64,000 nucleotides of DNA, taken from contig CAVYSY010000031.1 in NCBI GenBank assembly GCA_963771175.1, positions 223,437 through 287,436 of the forward strand, written 5' to 3'. This document shows, one piece after another, positions 15,936 through 27,381 of the stretch. The DNA comes from an uncultured delta proteobacterium (GTDB lineage Bacteria > Myxococcota > Myxococcia > Myxococcales > Myxococcaceae). Under the pieces are notes generated by a model that did not search any database, was not told where the DNA came from, and was given only the letters and a program-made list of their open reading frames with translations. Position 1 is the stretch's first letter, and every line of letters begins with the position of its first letter. Made by a program: the position numbers and the translations under genes.

Positions 15936-16802
15936 ATGCCAAGTCCCTTGATTGCTCCCCGCGAACTGGTCACGACCGAGGCGCAGCGGAACCTCGTCCT
16001 CATCGACGCGCGTAGCGGCCCCGACGCGCGGGCGCGGTACGAGGAGAGGCACCTCGAAGGAGCGCTCCACGTCGACCTCGACCAGGATCTCGCGAGCAAG
16101 CCGGCCAATCCGGCGCAGGGGGGGCGGCACCCACTCCCCAGTCCCGAGGCGTTCGCGGCGGTGCTCGGGCGGCTCGGGATCGCGCCGACAACGAGAGTCG
16201 TCGTCTACGACGACAAGGGTGGCGCGAACGCGGCATCACGCTTCTGGTGGATGCTCAAGGCCATCGGTCACGAGGACGTGCGGGTGCTCGACGGCGGGCT
16301 TGATGCCGCGCTCGCGGCCGGCGTCCCGGCCGGCACACACGGCCCGCGCCCATCGGAGCGCCCCGCGTATCGATTCGAGCACTGGCAGCGGCCGACGGCC
16401 AGCATGGACGAGGTCGCGAGCGCGTCGCGAGATCCCAGATGCCTTGTGATCGACGTGCGCGATCCCGTGCGCTACCGCGGGGAGAGCGAACCCATCGATC
16501 TGATACCAGGCCACCTGCCCGGCGCGATCAACGTGCCCTTCTCGAGCAACCTCGGCCCTGACGGGCACTTCCTGCCGTCCGAGGAACTCGCCAGGAAGTA
16601 CCGGGCGGTGATTGGCGATCGCGAGACCTCGAACGTGATCGTGCATTGTGGGTCGGGAGTCACGGCGTGCCACACGCTCCTGGCCATGGAGCACGCGGGG
16701 CTCATCGGCCCGAAGCTCTACGTAGGCTCGTGGAGCGAGTGGTCGCGGAGCGGCCGCCCGATCGCGAAGGGCCCGTCGCCCGACAGTGGACGAACAGAAT
16801 GA
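15936..16802 (+). CDS. Tandem-rhodanese sulfurtransferase (SseA-like)
   Basis: GGRHPLP, RFWWML, LDGG, active-site HCGSGVTAC, LYVGSWSEW. Confidence 0.9.
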   Translation: MPSPLIAPRELVTTEAQRNLVLIDARSGPDARARYEERHLEGALHVDLDQDLASKPANPAQGGRHPLPSPEAFAAVLGRLGIAPTTRVVVYDDKGGANAASRFWWMLKAIGHEDVRVLDGGLDAALAAGVPAGTHGPRPSERPAYRFEHWQRPTASMDEVASASRDPRCLVIDVRDPVRYRGESEPIDLIPGHLPGAINVPFSSNLGPDGHFLPSEELARKYRAVIGDRETSNVIVHCGSGVTACHTLLAMEHAGLIGPKLYVGSWSEWSRSGRPIAKGPSPDSGRTE

Positions 16803-16890
16803 AGAGGGGTCGCCCCGCCTCCATACTTTCTCAAGATTTCGTCCGTACGGTGGGCGTGCTGGGAGACACCATCCTCCCGAGGAGCCCACC

Positions 16891-18289
16891 ATGAGACCCC
16901 CTGTAGTGTCCCGTCCCCCATCCTCTCGTCACTGGCTGCCCGCGCTGCTGGGGATGCTCGCGCTCATGGCCTGTACGGAGAAGCCCCGCGAGCCCTCACC
17001 GCCCCTCGCGGACGTGTGCGCCGAGGCCAGCTCGGGGCGGGAGGTGACGTGGTACCGGGACGTGAAGCCCCTCATCGATACGAAGTGTGGCGGCTGTCAC
17101 CAGACGGGAGGCATCGCCCCCTTCTCGCTGACGGAGGCCTCCCAGGTCCGAGGCATGAAGGACGCCATCCTCCGCGCGGTGTGTGCGCGCACCATGCCCC
17201 CCTGGTCGCCCCACCAGGCCTGCAACCAGTACAACAACGATCGCTCGCTGTCGGACGAGCAGATCGCCCTCCTGCGCGACTGGGTCCGCGCCGGTGCTCC
17301 GATGGGCAATGAGAGCGACGCCGCTCCGGCGGCTCCCGAGCCAGGGCCAACTCTCCCGGGTGGACCTCGAGTTGGCGATGAAGGAGCCGTACACGCCCCA
17401 GCTCCAGCCGGATGAGTACCGCTGCTTCCTGCTCGACTGGCCCGAGACCGAGGAGAAGTTCGTCACGGGGCTCGGCATACGGCCGGGGCGCACGGAGCTC
17501 GTGCACCACGTCCTCGTCTCCGTCGTGCCGCCCGAGGCGGTGGACTTCTACACCCAGGCGGACGAGGCCGAACCGGGCCCGGGTTACGCGTGCCCCGGAG
17601 GCTCCTCCCTCCCCAATGCGCCCCAGGACAGCGGCGTGCTCTCCCTCATGGGCGGTTGGGTACCCGGCGGTGAGGGCACGGACCAGCCCGAAGGGACAGG
17701 CATCCGCGTCCGTCCGGGCTCCCGGCTGGTGATGCAACTGCACTACAACACCTCGGCCGCCCCGACCGCGCCGGATGTCTCGAGCCTGCTGCTGAAGCTG
17801 GATGACGCGGTCGAGCACGAGGCCTTCATGTTCCCCTTCACGAATCCCAACTGGGTGCGGAAGCGGGAGATGGACATTCCCCAGGGCGAGGCGGACGTCT
17901 TCCACATCTTCTCCTATGACGCGCTCACCGCGGCCACGCGCGCGAGCAAGAAGAAGCTCCGCGACGATGCCCCCATCAGCGTCTACGGAGCGGGGCTGCA
18001 CATGCACAAGCGGGGAACGCGCACGGTGCTCACCGTCGAGAAGTCCGGCAAGGAGCAGGCGTGCCTGCTGGAGGTCCCCGAGTGGGACTTCCACTGGCAG
18101 GGCGTGTACCAGCTCCGGCAGCCGGTGCGCGTTTCACCCGGAGAGGACCTGCGCATCGAGTGCCACTGGAACAACGCGGGCTTCACGCCCCACCACGGAG
18201 AGCCCGTCTCCGCCGTCTCCGGCCTGAACTGGGGCGAGGGCACGGACGACGAGATGTGCATCGCCTTCCTGTACGTCACGCAGGAGTGA
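16891..18289 (+). CDS. Lipoprotein with a c-type heme motif and copper type II ascorbate-dependent monooxygenase domains, one frameshift near 17350
   Basis: Lipobox LALMAC, CGGCH, then VHHV, MQLHYN, LHMH, WDFHWQ and DEMC. Confidence 0.8.
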
Positions 18290-18366
18290 CGACGGACGAC
18301 ACGGCCTCCGCGCGGTCGTCATCGCCCGAGGACCGCGCGTTTGGTAGGGTGCCATCGGTTCTCCCG

Positions 18367-19701
18367 ATGACTGCAGCACCTGACCTGTTCTCCGCTTCCG
18401 TCGATATCAACCGCTTCGCGCCTCTCGCCGAGCGGATGCGCCCGCGCACGCCCGATGAGTTCATCGGACAATCCCATCTGCTCGGCCCTGGCGCTCCCCT
18501 GCGCCAGCTCATCGAGCGCAAGGCGCTCGTCTCCTCTCTGTTCTGGGGGCCTCCGGGCGTTGGGAAGACCACGCTCGCGCGCATGCTGGCCGCGAGCGTC
18601 GACGCGGAGTTCGTCATCCTCTCGGCGGTCTCCGATGGCATCCCCCGCATCCGGGAGGTGGTGGCCGAGGCCGAACGCCTGCGCAACCAGTACCATCGGC
18701 GGACCGTCGTCTTCGTGGACGAGATCCATCGCTGGGCGAAGAACGTCCAGGAGCAGGCTCTGCCCCACGTCGAGAGCGGCCTCCTTCTCCTCCTCGGGGC
18801 GACGACCGAGAACGTCAGCTTCGAGGTGAGGCCCGCCCTCATCAGCCGGTGCCGCGTCTTCCAGCTCCGCGAGCTCACCCCCGAAGACATCCGCACCGCG
18901 CTCTCGCGTGCGCTCTCCGATGTGAAGCGCGGGCTCGGTGCTCGGCGTCTGACGGCGAGTGACGAGGCGCTCACCGTCCTGGCGGAGGGGAGCGGGGGCG
19001 ACGTGCGCAAGGCGCTGGGAGCGCTGGAGCTCGCGGCCCAGCTCACCGCCGATGACACGGAGCTCTCACGGGAGACCGCCATCCAGGCGACGGGCACGCG
19101 CCTGGCGCGGCACGACAAGGACGGGGACCAGCACTATGACCTGTTGAGCGCCCTCCAGAAGTCGTGCAGGGGGTCCAACGCACAGGGGGCCATCTTCTGG
19201 GCGGCGCGGCTGCTCCAGGCGGGGGACGACGTGGCGCTGTGGCGCCGGCTCAAGGTGATTGCCGTGGAGGACGTGGGACTGGCAATGCCCGAGGCCATCA
19301 GCATCGTGCGCGCGTGCGAGGAGAGCTTCTATTCCGTGGGGATGCCGGAGGGGCGGATCTTCGTCGCCCAGGCGACCCTCCTCCTGGCCACGGCGAAGAA
19401 GAGCAACCGAGCCTATCTGGCGATGGATGCCGCGCTGGCCGCCGTGGAGGCGAACCCCAATGCGGCCCCACCGCTCCACCTCCGCAACGCCCCCACCGAG
19501 CTCCTGAAGGAGCTGGGGTACAAGCAGGGCTATCAGGCGCCGTGGAGCTCCAAGGACCACTACGCGCCCGGGCAGACGTACCTTCCCGAGCCGCTGGAGC
19601 GCTCCATCTTCTACCGGCCGAGCAAGGAGGGCCACGAGGCGGAGCTCCACGAGCGGATGAGCCACTGGTGGCGCGAGGACAAGGCGTCCCGGGGGGAGTG
19701 A
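18367..19701 (+). CDS. rarA: Replication-associated recombination protein A (MgsA/RarA AAA+ ATPase)
   Basis: PLAERMRP, WGPPGVGKTT, FVDEIHR, GATTEN, EDVGLA, PLHLRNAPT. Confidence 0.92.
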   Translation: MTAAPDLFSASVDINRFAPLAERMRPRTPDEFIGQSHLLGPGAPLRQLIERKALVSSLFWGPPGVGKTTLARMLAASVDAEFVILSAVSDGIPRIREVVAEAERLRNQYHRRTVVFVDEIHRWAKNVQEQALPHVESGLLLLLGATTENVSFEVRPALISRCRVFQLRELTPEDIRTALSRALSDVKRGLGARRLTASDEALTVLAEGSGGDVRKALGALELAAQLTADDTELSRETAIQATGTRLARHDKDGDQHYDLLSALQKSCRGSNAQGAIFWAARLLQAGDDVALWRRLKVIAVEDVGLAMPEAISIVRACEESFYSVGMPEGRIFVAQATLLLATAKKSNRAYLAMDAALAAVEANPNAAPPLHLRNAPTELLKELGYKQGYQAPWSSKDHYAPGQTYLPEPLERSIFYRPSKEGHEAELHERMSHWWREDKASRGE

Positions 19702-19780
19702 CTCCGCGGTGCCTCCTGAGCCAGCGGCCTTGCTGTCCCTCGCGGTCGCCCCCAGCTTTGGGGCAGGAGGGCATCCAACC

Positions 19781-20482
19781 ATGGTGCAACACAAGCGCGA
19801 AGTGGGCATTGCCGCCGGGGGGCGACTGCTGGAGGGAACCCTTACCGTGCCCGAGCAGATGAAGGGACTGGTGCTCTTCGCCCATGGGAGCGGGAGCAGC
19901 CGCTTCAGCCCCCGGAACAACGCGGTGGCGAGCGTCCTCAACGACGCGGGCCTGGCCACGTTGCTGTTCGATTTACTGACGGCCGAGGAGGAGATGGCCG
20001 AGCGCTTCACCCGTCACCTGCGCTTCGACATCGACCTGCTCGCCAACCGGTTGGGGGCGGCCATCGGCTGGGTGGGGCGAGACCCCGAGGTGAACACCCA
20101 GCCGGTGGGGCTCTTCGGCTCGAGCACGGGCGCGGCGGCGGCCCTCGTGGCGGCGGCGAAGTTCCCCGGGGACATCTTCGCTGTCGTCTCCCGCGGGGGC
20201 CGGCCCGACCTGGCGGAGGATGCCCTGCCCCTGGTGCGCGCGCCCACCCTCCTCCTCGTGGGGGGAAACGACGAACCGGTCATCGAGCTGAACGAGGGGG
20301 CGCTCGCGCAACTGCGCTGCCAGAAGGAACTGCGCATCATCCCCGGCGCCACCCACCTCTTCGAGGAGCCCGGCACGCTGGACGAGGTGGCGCGTCTGGC
20401 CGCCGACTGGTTCTCCGAGCACCTCGGCCGGGTGCGCCGCGAGGTGTCGGGCTGGGCGGATGAGCAGGGGCGCTGGGTGTAG
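19781..20482 (+). CDS. Dienelactone-hydrolase-like alpha/beta hydrolase
   Basis: FAHGSGSSRFSPRN, GLFGSSTGAAAAL, VSRGGRPDLA, IPGATHLFEEPG. Confidence 0.85.
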   Translation: MVQHKREVGIAAGGRLLEGTLTVPEQMKGLVLFAHGSGSSRFSPRNNAVASVLNDAGLATLLFDLLTAEEEMAERFTRHLRFDIDLLANRLGAAIGWVGRDPEVNTQPVGLFGSSTGAAAALVAAAKFPGDIFAVVSRGGRPDLAEDALPLVRAPTLLLVGGNDEPVIELNEGALAQLRCQKELRIIPGATHLFEEPGTLDEVARLAADWFSEHLGRVRREVSGWADEQGRWV

Positions 20483-20497
20483 CGGGCCGGGGGAGGC

Positions 20498-22702
20498 TCA
20501 GCGCTCGGGGCCCCCGCGCGGGAGCTCCACCGTGAAGAGGGACCCCTCACCCAGACGACTGTCCACGCTCACCCGCCCGCCATGGGCCTCGATAATCTCC
20601 CGGCTGATGTAGAGCCCCAGGCCCAGGCCGCCGTAGTGCCGGACGCTCACCGCGCGCTCGAAGCGCCCGAAGAGGCGAGGCAGATCCTCGGGACCGATGC
20701 CGATGCCCTTGTCGCGCACGGTGAGCCGGGCCCGCTCGGCGGTCGCCTCCACCTGGATGTGGATGGGCTGGCCCTGTCCGTACTTGGCCGCGTTGGTGAG
20801 CAGGTTGACGACGACCTGCTCCAGCCGGAGCGCGTCCCAACGCCCCACCACCGGGCCCTCGGCCTGGAACGTCACGAGGCAGCCGGCCTGCTCGAATACC
20901 TCGAGCAGCCGCTCCAGGGACTCTTGCACGAGGTGGGTGAGGTCCACCTCGGACAGCTCCAGGATGACGCGGCCGGTGGCGACGCGGCTCACGTCGAGCA
21001 GCATGTTGACCAGACTGGCGAGCCGGTCCACCTGGCGGCGGGCGGTCTCCATCTTGGGGCGGACCTTCGACCGCGACTCCTCGCTCATGAGCCGCTCGAT
21101 GAGGGAGAGCTGCAGCCGCAGCGAGGTGAGGGGCGTCTTCAGCTCGTGGCTGGCGATGGAGAGGAACTCGTCGCGCAGGCGGACGGCGTCCTGGGCCTCG
21201 CGGAACAGCCGCGCGTTGTCCACGCTGAGGGCCGCGCGGCGCGCCAGCTCCTCGGCCAGCCGCAGGTCCTCCTCGGAGTAGTGCCGTCCGCTCTCGGCCT
21301 GGGCCATCATGAGGGCGCCGAGCACCCGGCCGCGCACCAGCAGCGGCACGTAGATGACGGAGCGCAGGCCGATCGACCGCAGCAACGGCCGCAGCTCGGG
21401 CTCGCGCGCCGCGCCAATCAGGGCCTCCTCGGGCACGACTGACATCCACTCCGACTGGCCCGTGCGCAGCACCTTGCCCACGCCACCGGGAGCGGACAGG
21501 TCGATGGGCTGGCGACGCGACATCTCCCGCGCCAGCTCCACCCGGGACGGGTCCTGGTGCATCACCGCGAGCAGCTCCACGCCCCCGCCCTCGGTGAGCA
21601 TGTACACCGAGCACCAGTCCGCGAGCTCGGGCACCACCAGCCGCGTCAGGCTCTCCAGCGTGGTGGTGTAGTCGAGCGAGCCGACCAGCAGCGTGCTGGC
21701 CTCGGCGAGGAAGCGCAGCCTGCTGGCCAACACCTCCAGCTCCTGCCGGGCGCGCACGTGTTCCTTCACCTGGGACTCGGCCTCGGCGCGCGCCGCCTGC
21801 TCGCGATCGAAGAGACGGGCCCGGTCGAGCGCGAGCGCCCCCTGGTGTGCCAGCGCCATCATGAAGCCGCGGTCCGCCTCGTCGAAGGTGCGAGGCTGGG
21901 CGAAGGAGAGCAACAGCGCGCCCAGGACAATGTCCTTGGCGCGCATGGGCAGGCAGGTCAGGGCCTGGACGGGGGAGATCCGCACCTCCGCGACCAACTG
22001 GGGGTAGCGCGCCTCGAAGTCCGCGAGCGAGCACAGCCACTCGGGCTCACCGGAGTGGAAGCACCGGGCGATGGGTACCTCCGCGCCGAGCGGCACGAAC
22101 TCGTACCTGCGTACCAACTCGGAGGATAACCCCTCGCTGGTCACCAGTCGCACCATGTTCCCCTCTGGCTCCGGGATACCGATCGCGCCCCCCGTGGCCC
22201 CCACCGCCAGCATCGCGCCGCGCATGATGACGTCCACCACCTCCTCGGCGGAGGCCGCCTCGGACAGCTTCGTCGTCACCGCCTGCAGCAGCGAGAGCCG
22301 GGCCGAGCTCTTCTCGAAGGCCTCCTCCGCCTGACGGCGCGCCGTCACATCCCGGAAGATGACCACGAGGTTGTTCCCGCGAGGCACCATGCGCGCCTCG
22401 AGCCAGACACCGAGCTGGCGCAGGAAGGTCTCGACGGTGAAGGACACCCCCTCGGCCATGGCACGGAGGTAGGCCTCGCCGAAGAGCGTGCCGCGCGCCT
22501 GGGGATACTCGTCCCACAACACCCGGCCGAGCAGCTCCTCGCGCCGACGCCCTATCACCCGGGCGGCCACGGCGTTGAGGTACGTCATGCGCCAGCTCGC
22601 GTCGAAGACCACCACCCCCTCGAGGAGTACGTCCAGGAGGACCTCGGGAGGCAACCCGTCCGCCGTGCTGGAGCCGTCTGGGGGAAAGCGGTCTTCGATC
22701 AT
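20498..22702 (-). CDS. PAS-GAF-GAF sensor histidine kinase
   Basis: H-box FLSIASHELKTPLT, N-box NLLTNAAKY, DKGIGI and GGLGLGL; N-terminal PAS and two GAF-like segments. Confidence 0.9.
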   Translation of the reverse strand: MIEDRFPPDGSSTADGLPPEVLLDVLLEGVVVFDASWRMTYLNAVAARVIGRRREELLGRVLWDEYPQARGTLFGEAYLRAMAEGVSFTVETFLRQLGVWLEARMVPRGNNLVVIFRDVTARRQAEEAFEKSSARLSLLQAVTTKLSEAASAEEVVDVIMRGAMLAVGATGGAIGIPEPEGNMVRLVTSEGLSSELVRRYEFVPLGAEVPIARCFHSGEPEWLCSLADFEARYPQLVAEVRISPVQALTCLPMRAKDIVLGALLLSFAQPRTFDEADRGFMMALAHQGALALDRARLFDREQAARAEAESQVKEHVRARQELEVLASRLRFLAEASTLLVGSLDYTTTLESLTRLVVPELADWCSVYMLTEGGGVELLAVMHQDPSRVELAREMSRRQPIDLSAPGGVGKVLRTGQSEWMSVVPEEALIGAAREPELRPLLRSIGLRSVIYVPLLVRGRVLGALMMAQAESGRHYSEEDLRLAEELARRAALSVDNARLFREAQDAVRLRDEFLSIASHELKTPLTSLRLQLSLIERLMSEESRSKVRPKMETARRQVDRLASLVNMLLDVSRVATGRVILELSEVDLTHLVQESLERLLEVFEQAGCLVTFQAEGPVVGRWDALRLEQVVVNLLTNAAKYGQGQPIHIQVEATAERARLTVRDKGIGIGPEDLPRLFGRFERAVSVRHYGGLGLGLYISREIIEAHGGRVSVDSRLGEGSLFTVELPRGGPER

Positions 22703-22712
22703 GGCGGATTCC

Positions 22713-23705
22713 TCATGGCCGGCCGGCGATGAAGTCCTGGAGGTCCTCGGGAAGGGGCGAGTCGAAGGTGACGATCTCTCTAGTGCCCGGATGGGGGAAG
22801 GAGATGCGCGCGGCGTGGAGGGCGTGGCGAGGCAGGCGGAGCCGGAGCCAGGCCTCGGGCTCCAGGGAGTGCTTGCTGAAGCGGTCGAAGTAGCCGGGGT
22901 CCGGGCCGTACATCTTGTCGCCCACCAGGGGGAAGCCGGCCTCGCGCAGGTGGATGCGAATCTGATGCTGGCGGCCCGTCTCCGGGTAGCAGCGCAGCAG
23001 GGCGAAGGGCTCGCCGCTGCGAGAGAAGCGCTGGAGCACCTGGAAGCGGGTGCGGCTCTCCTTGCCCTCCACGGGATCGATTCGCACGGCGATGCGGATG
23101 AGCTCGGTGCCCTCGGCGATGGGGGCGTCCACGACGAAGGTGTCCTCGGGCGGGTGGCCTTCGCAGACAGCGAGGTACTCCTTGTGGACGTCGCGGGAGA
23201 CGAAGAGGCGGCCGAGGACACGGCAGGACTCGGTGGTGCGCCCGCAGACGACGAGGCCGCTCGTCTCGCGATCCAAGCGGTGGGCGGGCTCGGCGAAGGC
23301 CTCGCCGAAGCGCTCGCGCAGCAGGGTGACAAGCGTGCCCTTGTGGTAGCGGGCGGTGGGATGGATGGGGAGCCCCGCGGGCTTGTCGAGCACGAGCAGC
23401 CAGTCGTCCTGGAAGAGGGCGGGCAGCTCGGTGGGCGTGTCCGGCTCCTGGCTGGCGGGGCGGCGGATACGGAAGGAGAGGCCCGGGTAGACGGGCGTGG
23501 AGGGCTTGAGGCGGCGCCCCTCGCAGAGGACACCGCGCTGGATGATGCCCTGGAGGCGCGCGAGCGGGAGCCGGCGAATCTTCTCGGAGAGGTAGCGGTC
23601 GAGCCGCCAGCCGGCATAGTTCGGCTCGACGACGAACGGAATGTCGACGTAGCCCTCGGGGGCCTCGCCGGAGACGGGGGCTGTGTCCTCGCTCGGGGTG
23701 CGCAT
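22713..23705 (-). CDS. RluA-family pseudouridine synthase
   Basis: LDKPAGLPIHP, HRLDRETSG, TGRQHQIRIH, LVGDKMYG, HALHA. Confidence 0.92.
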   Translation of the reverse strand: MRTPSEDTAPVSGEAPEGYVDIPFVVEPNYAGWRLDRYLSEKIRRLPLARLQGIIQRGVLCEGRRLKPSTPVYPGLSFRIRRPASQEPDTPTELPALFQDDWLLVLDKPAGLPIHPTARYHKGTLVTLLRERFGEAFAEPAHRLDRETSGLVVCGRTTESCRVLGRLFVSRDVHKEYLAVCEGHPPEDTFVVDAPIAEGTELIRIAVRIDPVEGKESRTRFQVLQRFSRSGEPFALLRCYPETGRQHQIRIHLREAGFPLVGDKMYGPDPGYFDRFSKHSLEPEAWLRLRLPRHALHAARISFPHPGTREIVTFDSPLPEDLQDFIAGRP

Positions 23706-23819
23706 GCGACCGTCCCGGCTTAACACAGTGCGACGCCCGCTTCCTCCCCGAGGTTCACTCCGGGCGAACCCCACGCGCCCCCCAGCCACGGGCGGGCCTG
23801 ATAACCTCGCGGGCCCGCT

Positions 23820-25425
23820 ATGGAACCGACCGCCGTCTCCGACCCCCGTATCGGCACCATCCTGCAAGAGCGTTACCGGATCCTCCAGCGACTCGCCGCC
23901 GGGGGCATGGGCGTGGTGTACCGCGGTGAGCGACTGGAGCTCGGCCGTGCGGTGGCCATCAAGTTCCTCCACCCGTGGATGGCGGCGGACCCAAGCTTCC
24001 AGCGGCGGTTTCAGATCGAAGCGCAGGCGATGAGCCGGCTGTCGCACCCGTGCTGCGTCTCGGTCATCGACTTCGGCGTGGAGGGCAATGCGCCCTTCAT
24101 GGTGATGGAGTTCGTCACGGGGCGGACGCTGCGCTCGGTGTTGCGCGAAGACGGGCCGCTCTCCGTGAAGCGGGCTCTGGGCATCGTGCGTCAGGTATTG
24201 GCGGGGCTGGCCCACGCACACGCCCAGGGCATCGTCCACCGGGACATCAAGCCGGACAACATCATCCTGACGGAGGCCATCGGGCTGGGAGATCAGGTCC
24301 GCATCCTCGACTTCGGTCTCGCCCGGCTGCGAGACACGGTGACGGGTCTGACCATGGGCCTCGCCGTGGGCACGCCCGGCTACATGGCCCCGGAGCAGAT
24401 CCGTGCCGGGGAGATCGACGCCCGAACGGACCTCTACTCCGTCGGCGTGCTCCTCTTCGAGCTGCTCACCGGAAGCAAACCCTTCAACGGCGAGCTGGCC
24501 ACCGAGGTGATGCGCAAGCACAAGGAGGCCGCACCGCCGACCCTGGGCAGCGTCCGCTCCGGGGCGGACTTCTCCCCCGAGTTGGAGAGGCTCGTCGGCA
24601 AGGCGATGGCGAAGCAGCCGGAGCACCGCTTCCAATCGGCCACGGATTTCGCCGCCGCACTGGATGCACTCCCGGAGCTGAGCGCTCCCGTCGAGCCGTC
24701 CGCTGCGGCCACCCTCCCCAACCACCCGGCGGAGCGCGACTTGCCGCCGCCGGCACCGGTGGCTGGCCCCGACGGTGCTCGACTCGCGGGAGCTGGTGCC
24801 GCGCCGGGACAAGCGGCCGATGCTGGCCGTGGGCGCCACGGGCATGATCCTGCTCGGTCTCGGCGCGGCGCTGCTCTGGCCGAAGGAACAAGCCGCGGAG
24901 CCCGCCACGAACGCGCCTCCTTCCGTCGCGAAGAGCTCCCCCGCGCCCAAGCCGCAGCCCCCTCGCGGCGAGAAGACGGAAGCCCTCGCCGAGGAGAAGA
25001 CCGGCTCGCGGGAGGAGCTCCCCGACATCGAGCAGATCGAACGCTGGGCGAAGGAGGGAGAGCGTCGGAGGGAGCAGACGCTCCGCGCGCTCGCGAGACT
25101 TCGCACGCAGTATCCCAGGAACGCCTACGCCCCTTATCTGGAGGGGCACGTCAACTTCGACAACCTCCGCTGGGAGGATGGCCTCGCCTCCTATGGCGCG
25201 GCCATTCGCAACGACCCCGCCTACCGCTCGGATGAGAAGCTCATCCGCAACGTCATCCGCTGCCTGGTGAGCGATCGCTCCCACAGGAAGTGCTCGGACT
25301 TCCTCGTGCGCGAAGTGGGAGCCCCCGCGGCCCCCTACCTCGAGGAGGCGGCGCGCACGGACCCATACGCCAACGTCCAGAGCCGGGCGGCCAGACTCGT
25401 CCCGAAGGTGGCCGCACAGCGCTGA
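23820..25425 (+). CDS. Membrane-anchored Ser/Thr protein kinase, frameshift near 24750
   Basis: [22 protein letters not shown] and GTPGYMAPE; the next frame gives a TM helix and a TPR-like C-terminal domain. Confidence 0.88.
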
Positions 25426-25428
25426 CGC

Positions 25429-26472
25429 TCAGACCTGCTGGCGGCCCACGGACCAGACGAAGCCGTCGTACCAGAAGTGCATGAGCGACACGACGATCGT
25501 CACCGCCCACAGGCTCTCCAGGTCCGGGTTCAGCAGCTCCGCACCCGACGCCGTAGGCGAGCACCGAGCCCAGGAAGACGGCAGCCGCCCCAGGCGTGCT
25601 GGCGCGCCACCGTCCGAGCCGCAGCCGCTCCCGGATGCGCTCCCGCTCGGTCGCCCACACCAGGGCCAGGTACTGCACGGCGTGGAGCAGGTTCATGATG
25701 AAGAAGGCCTCGCCCCAGCTATTGAAGCCCCAGGTGTAGATGGAGCAGGCGCCCGTGGTGACGAGCAGGAAGACCTTCTGGAACGAGAGCCGGTGTCCCC
25801 GCCGCGTGCAGGCTGCCAGCTCGCGAGCAGGTAGAAGACGAGGAAGGCGGACCCGACGGTGCAGCACCCCGAGCGTCCACACGCGGTGGGTCGCCGACAT
25901 GAAGGCCGGAACGGCGGTGAAGAACGGCATCCCCACGTCCGCGAAGCGCCTCGAAGCCGCGGACGTGGTCCAGCAGCGTCGCGCCCGCGAGGATGGGCCC
26001 GGCGTAGAGGAGCTGGTTGAGCCAGAAGTCGAGGCGCCGGGCCGAGCAGCGGGCGGGTTGCCTCCGTTGCGGTCGTAGATGCGCGCGAAGCCGAACGTCT
26101 GCGCCCCGAGTGCCACACGTCCCAGAAGGTGGCGAGCACGGTGGCCGCGGCCGCTACCCAGCTCGACCCGCGGATGGCGACCCAGACCAGCACCGGCACC
26201 AGCAGGAAGCGCAGCGGATAGCGCCGGAAGATGGCCGGGTTGCCGTGGCTGCGGAAGAACACGGCCACGAGGTGCGCGTGGATGAGGGTACCGACGAGCA
26301 GCCCGGCCCCGGTCTTCTCGCGGCCCCAGAACGTGAGCGGCTCGCCGCTGAACGCGGTGCCGGAGATGGCCACCCCCAGCGCGAGCGCCAGGAGCGGCGG
26401 CAGCAGGAAGAAGGCCCAGTCGTAGGCCGGCCCCACGATGTACGGCGACGGCTTGTCCACGGAGGCAGGCAT
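25429..26472 (-). CDS. Integral membrane protein with several His motifs, multiple frameshifts
   Basis: Hydrophobic helices with [27 protein letters not shown] and [11 protein letters not shown]. Confidence 0.65.
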
Positions 26473-26487
26473 GGCCCGGTCGCCGCG

Positions 26488-27208
26488 TCAGCGCTCGGGG
26501 GGTACGAGGGTAACGCGCACGCGCGCCCCCAGGTACTCCACCAGGGCGGAGAGGAAGAGGCTCGACCCCCAGCAGCTCGAGGGACTCCTCGACGAGGTCG
26601 ATGAGCGCGTAGACGAGGTTGTCGTTGCCATGCCGCTCCGTCCAGTAGCCGAGCGGCAGCTCCATGCCGAGCGCGCCGCCCACGTAGAGCACGCCGGCGA
26701 CGAGGAATTGCCGGCGGGGCCTCGCGGGCAGGTCCGCGAGGAAGGGCAGATAGGCCAGCGCGAGCACCGCGACGAGGGCCCCCGCCGGCACCACCCAACT
26801 GAAGTACAGCACGCCCTGGAGCTCCAGAGACTCGCCGAGGTGCTCGTGCAGGCCGACCGCCTCGTCCAGGGACATGTAGAGGAAGGCTACAGCGAGCCCC
26901 CACCAGTGGAGGCGGCGCGGAGCACCGGTGAGCGCCGCCTCTCGTGCGATGAGCGCGAGCGCCAGTGCGCAGCAGAGCAGGAGTCCCGAGGAGTACCAGG
27001 TGGGCAGGTTCTGCTCGTAGCTGAGCGACAGGAAGCCCGAGCACCGGCGTCAGCCCCCGAGGCCGCCACACGGCATACGCGAGCTCGACTGCCAGGCCCG
27101 CCCCGGCGAGGACCCCGAGGAGCAGGAGCAGGAGCTTGCGGAGCGTGGTGTGTGAAGGCAGGAGACCCATCGGAACGAGCGGATGCGGAGGCGCACCGCG
27201 GGGTGCAT
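26488..27208 (-). CDS. Hypothetical membrane protein, frameshifted
   Basis: [31 protein letters not shown] and [10 protein letters not shown] in TM-rich frames; boundaries approximate. Confidence 0.6.
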
Positions 27209-27381
27209 CCTGTAGCGAGACGGGCGCCCTGTGAACACCTCGGAGGAGCTGCCCTCACGCATGCCGTACAGTCAGGCGGGCGAAGACGCAGCGGCGCTAC
27301 AACCCCGAGCACCGAGGCCCACCGAGCGGCTCTTCTCCTTCATGCCATCCGTCGTAGTCTGCGCGCCCCACGGAGGTGGAG

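Noticed and set aside
20498..23617. 1039-aa ORF suggesting an extended or fused kinase
   Set aside because: The N-terminal 300 aa is an off-frame shadow of the RluA gene; the kinase starts at 22702 after its own RBS.
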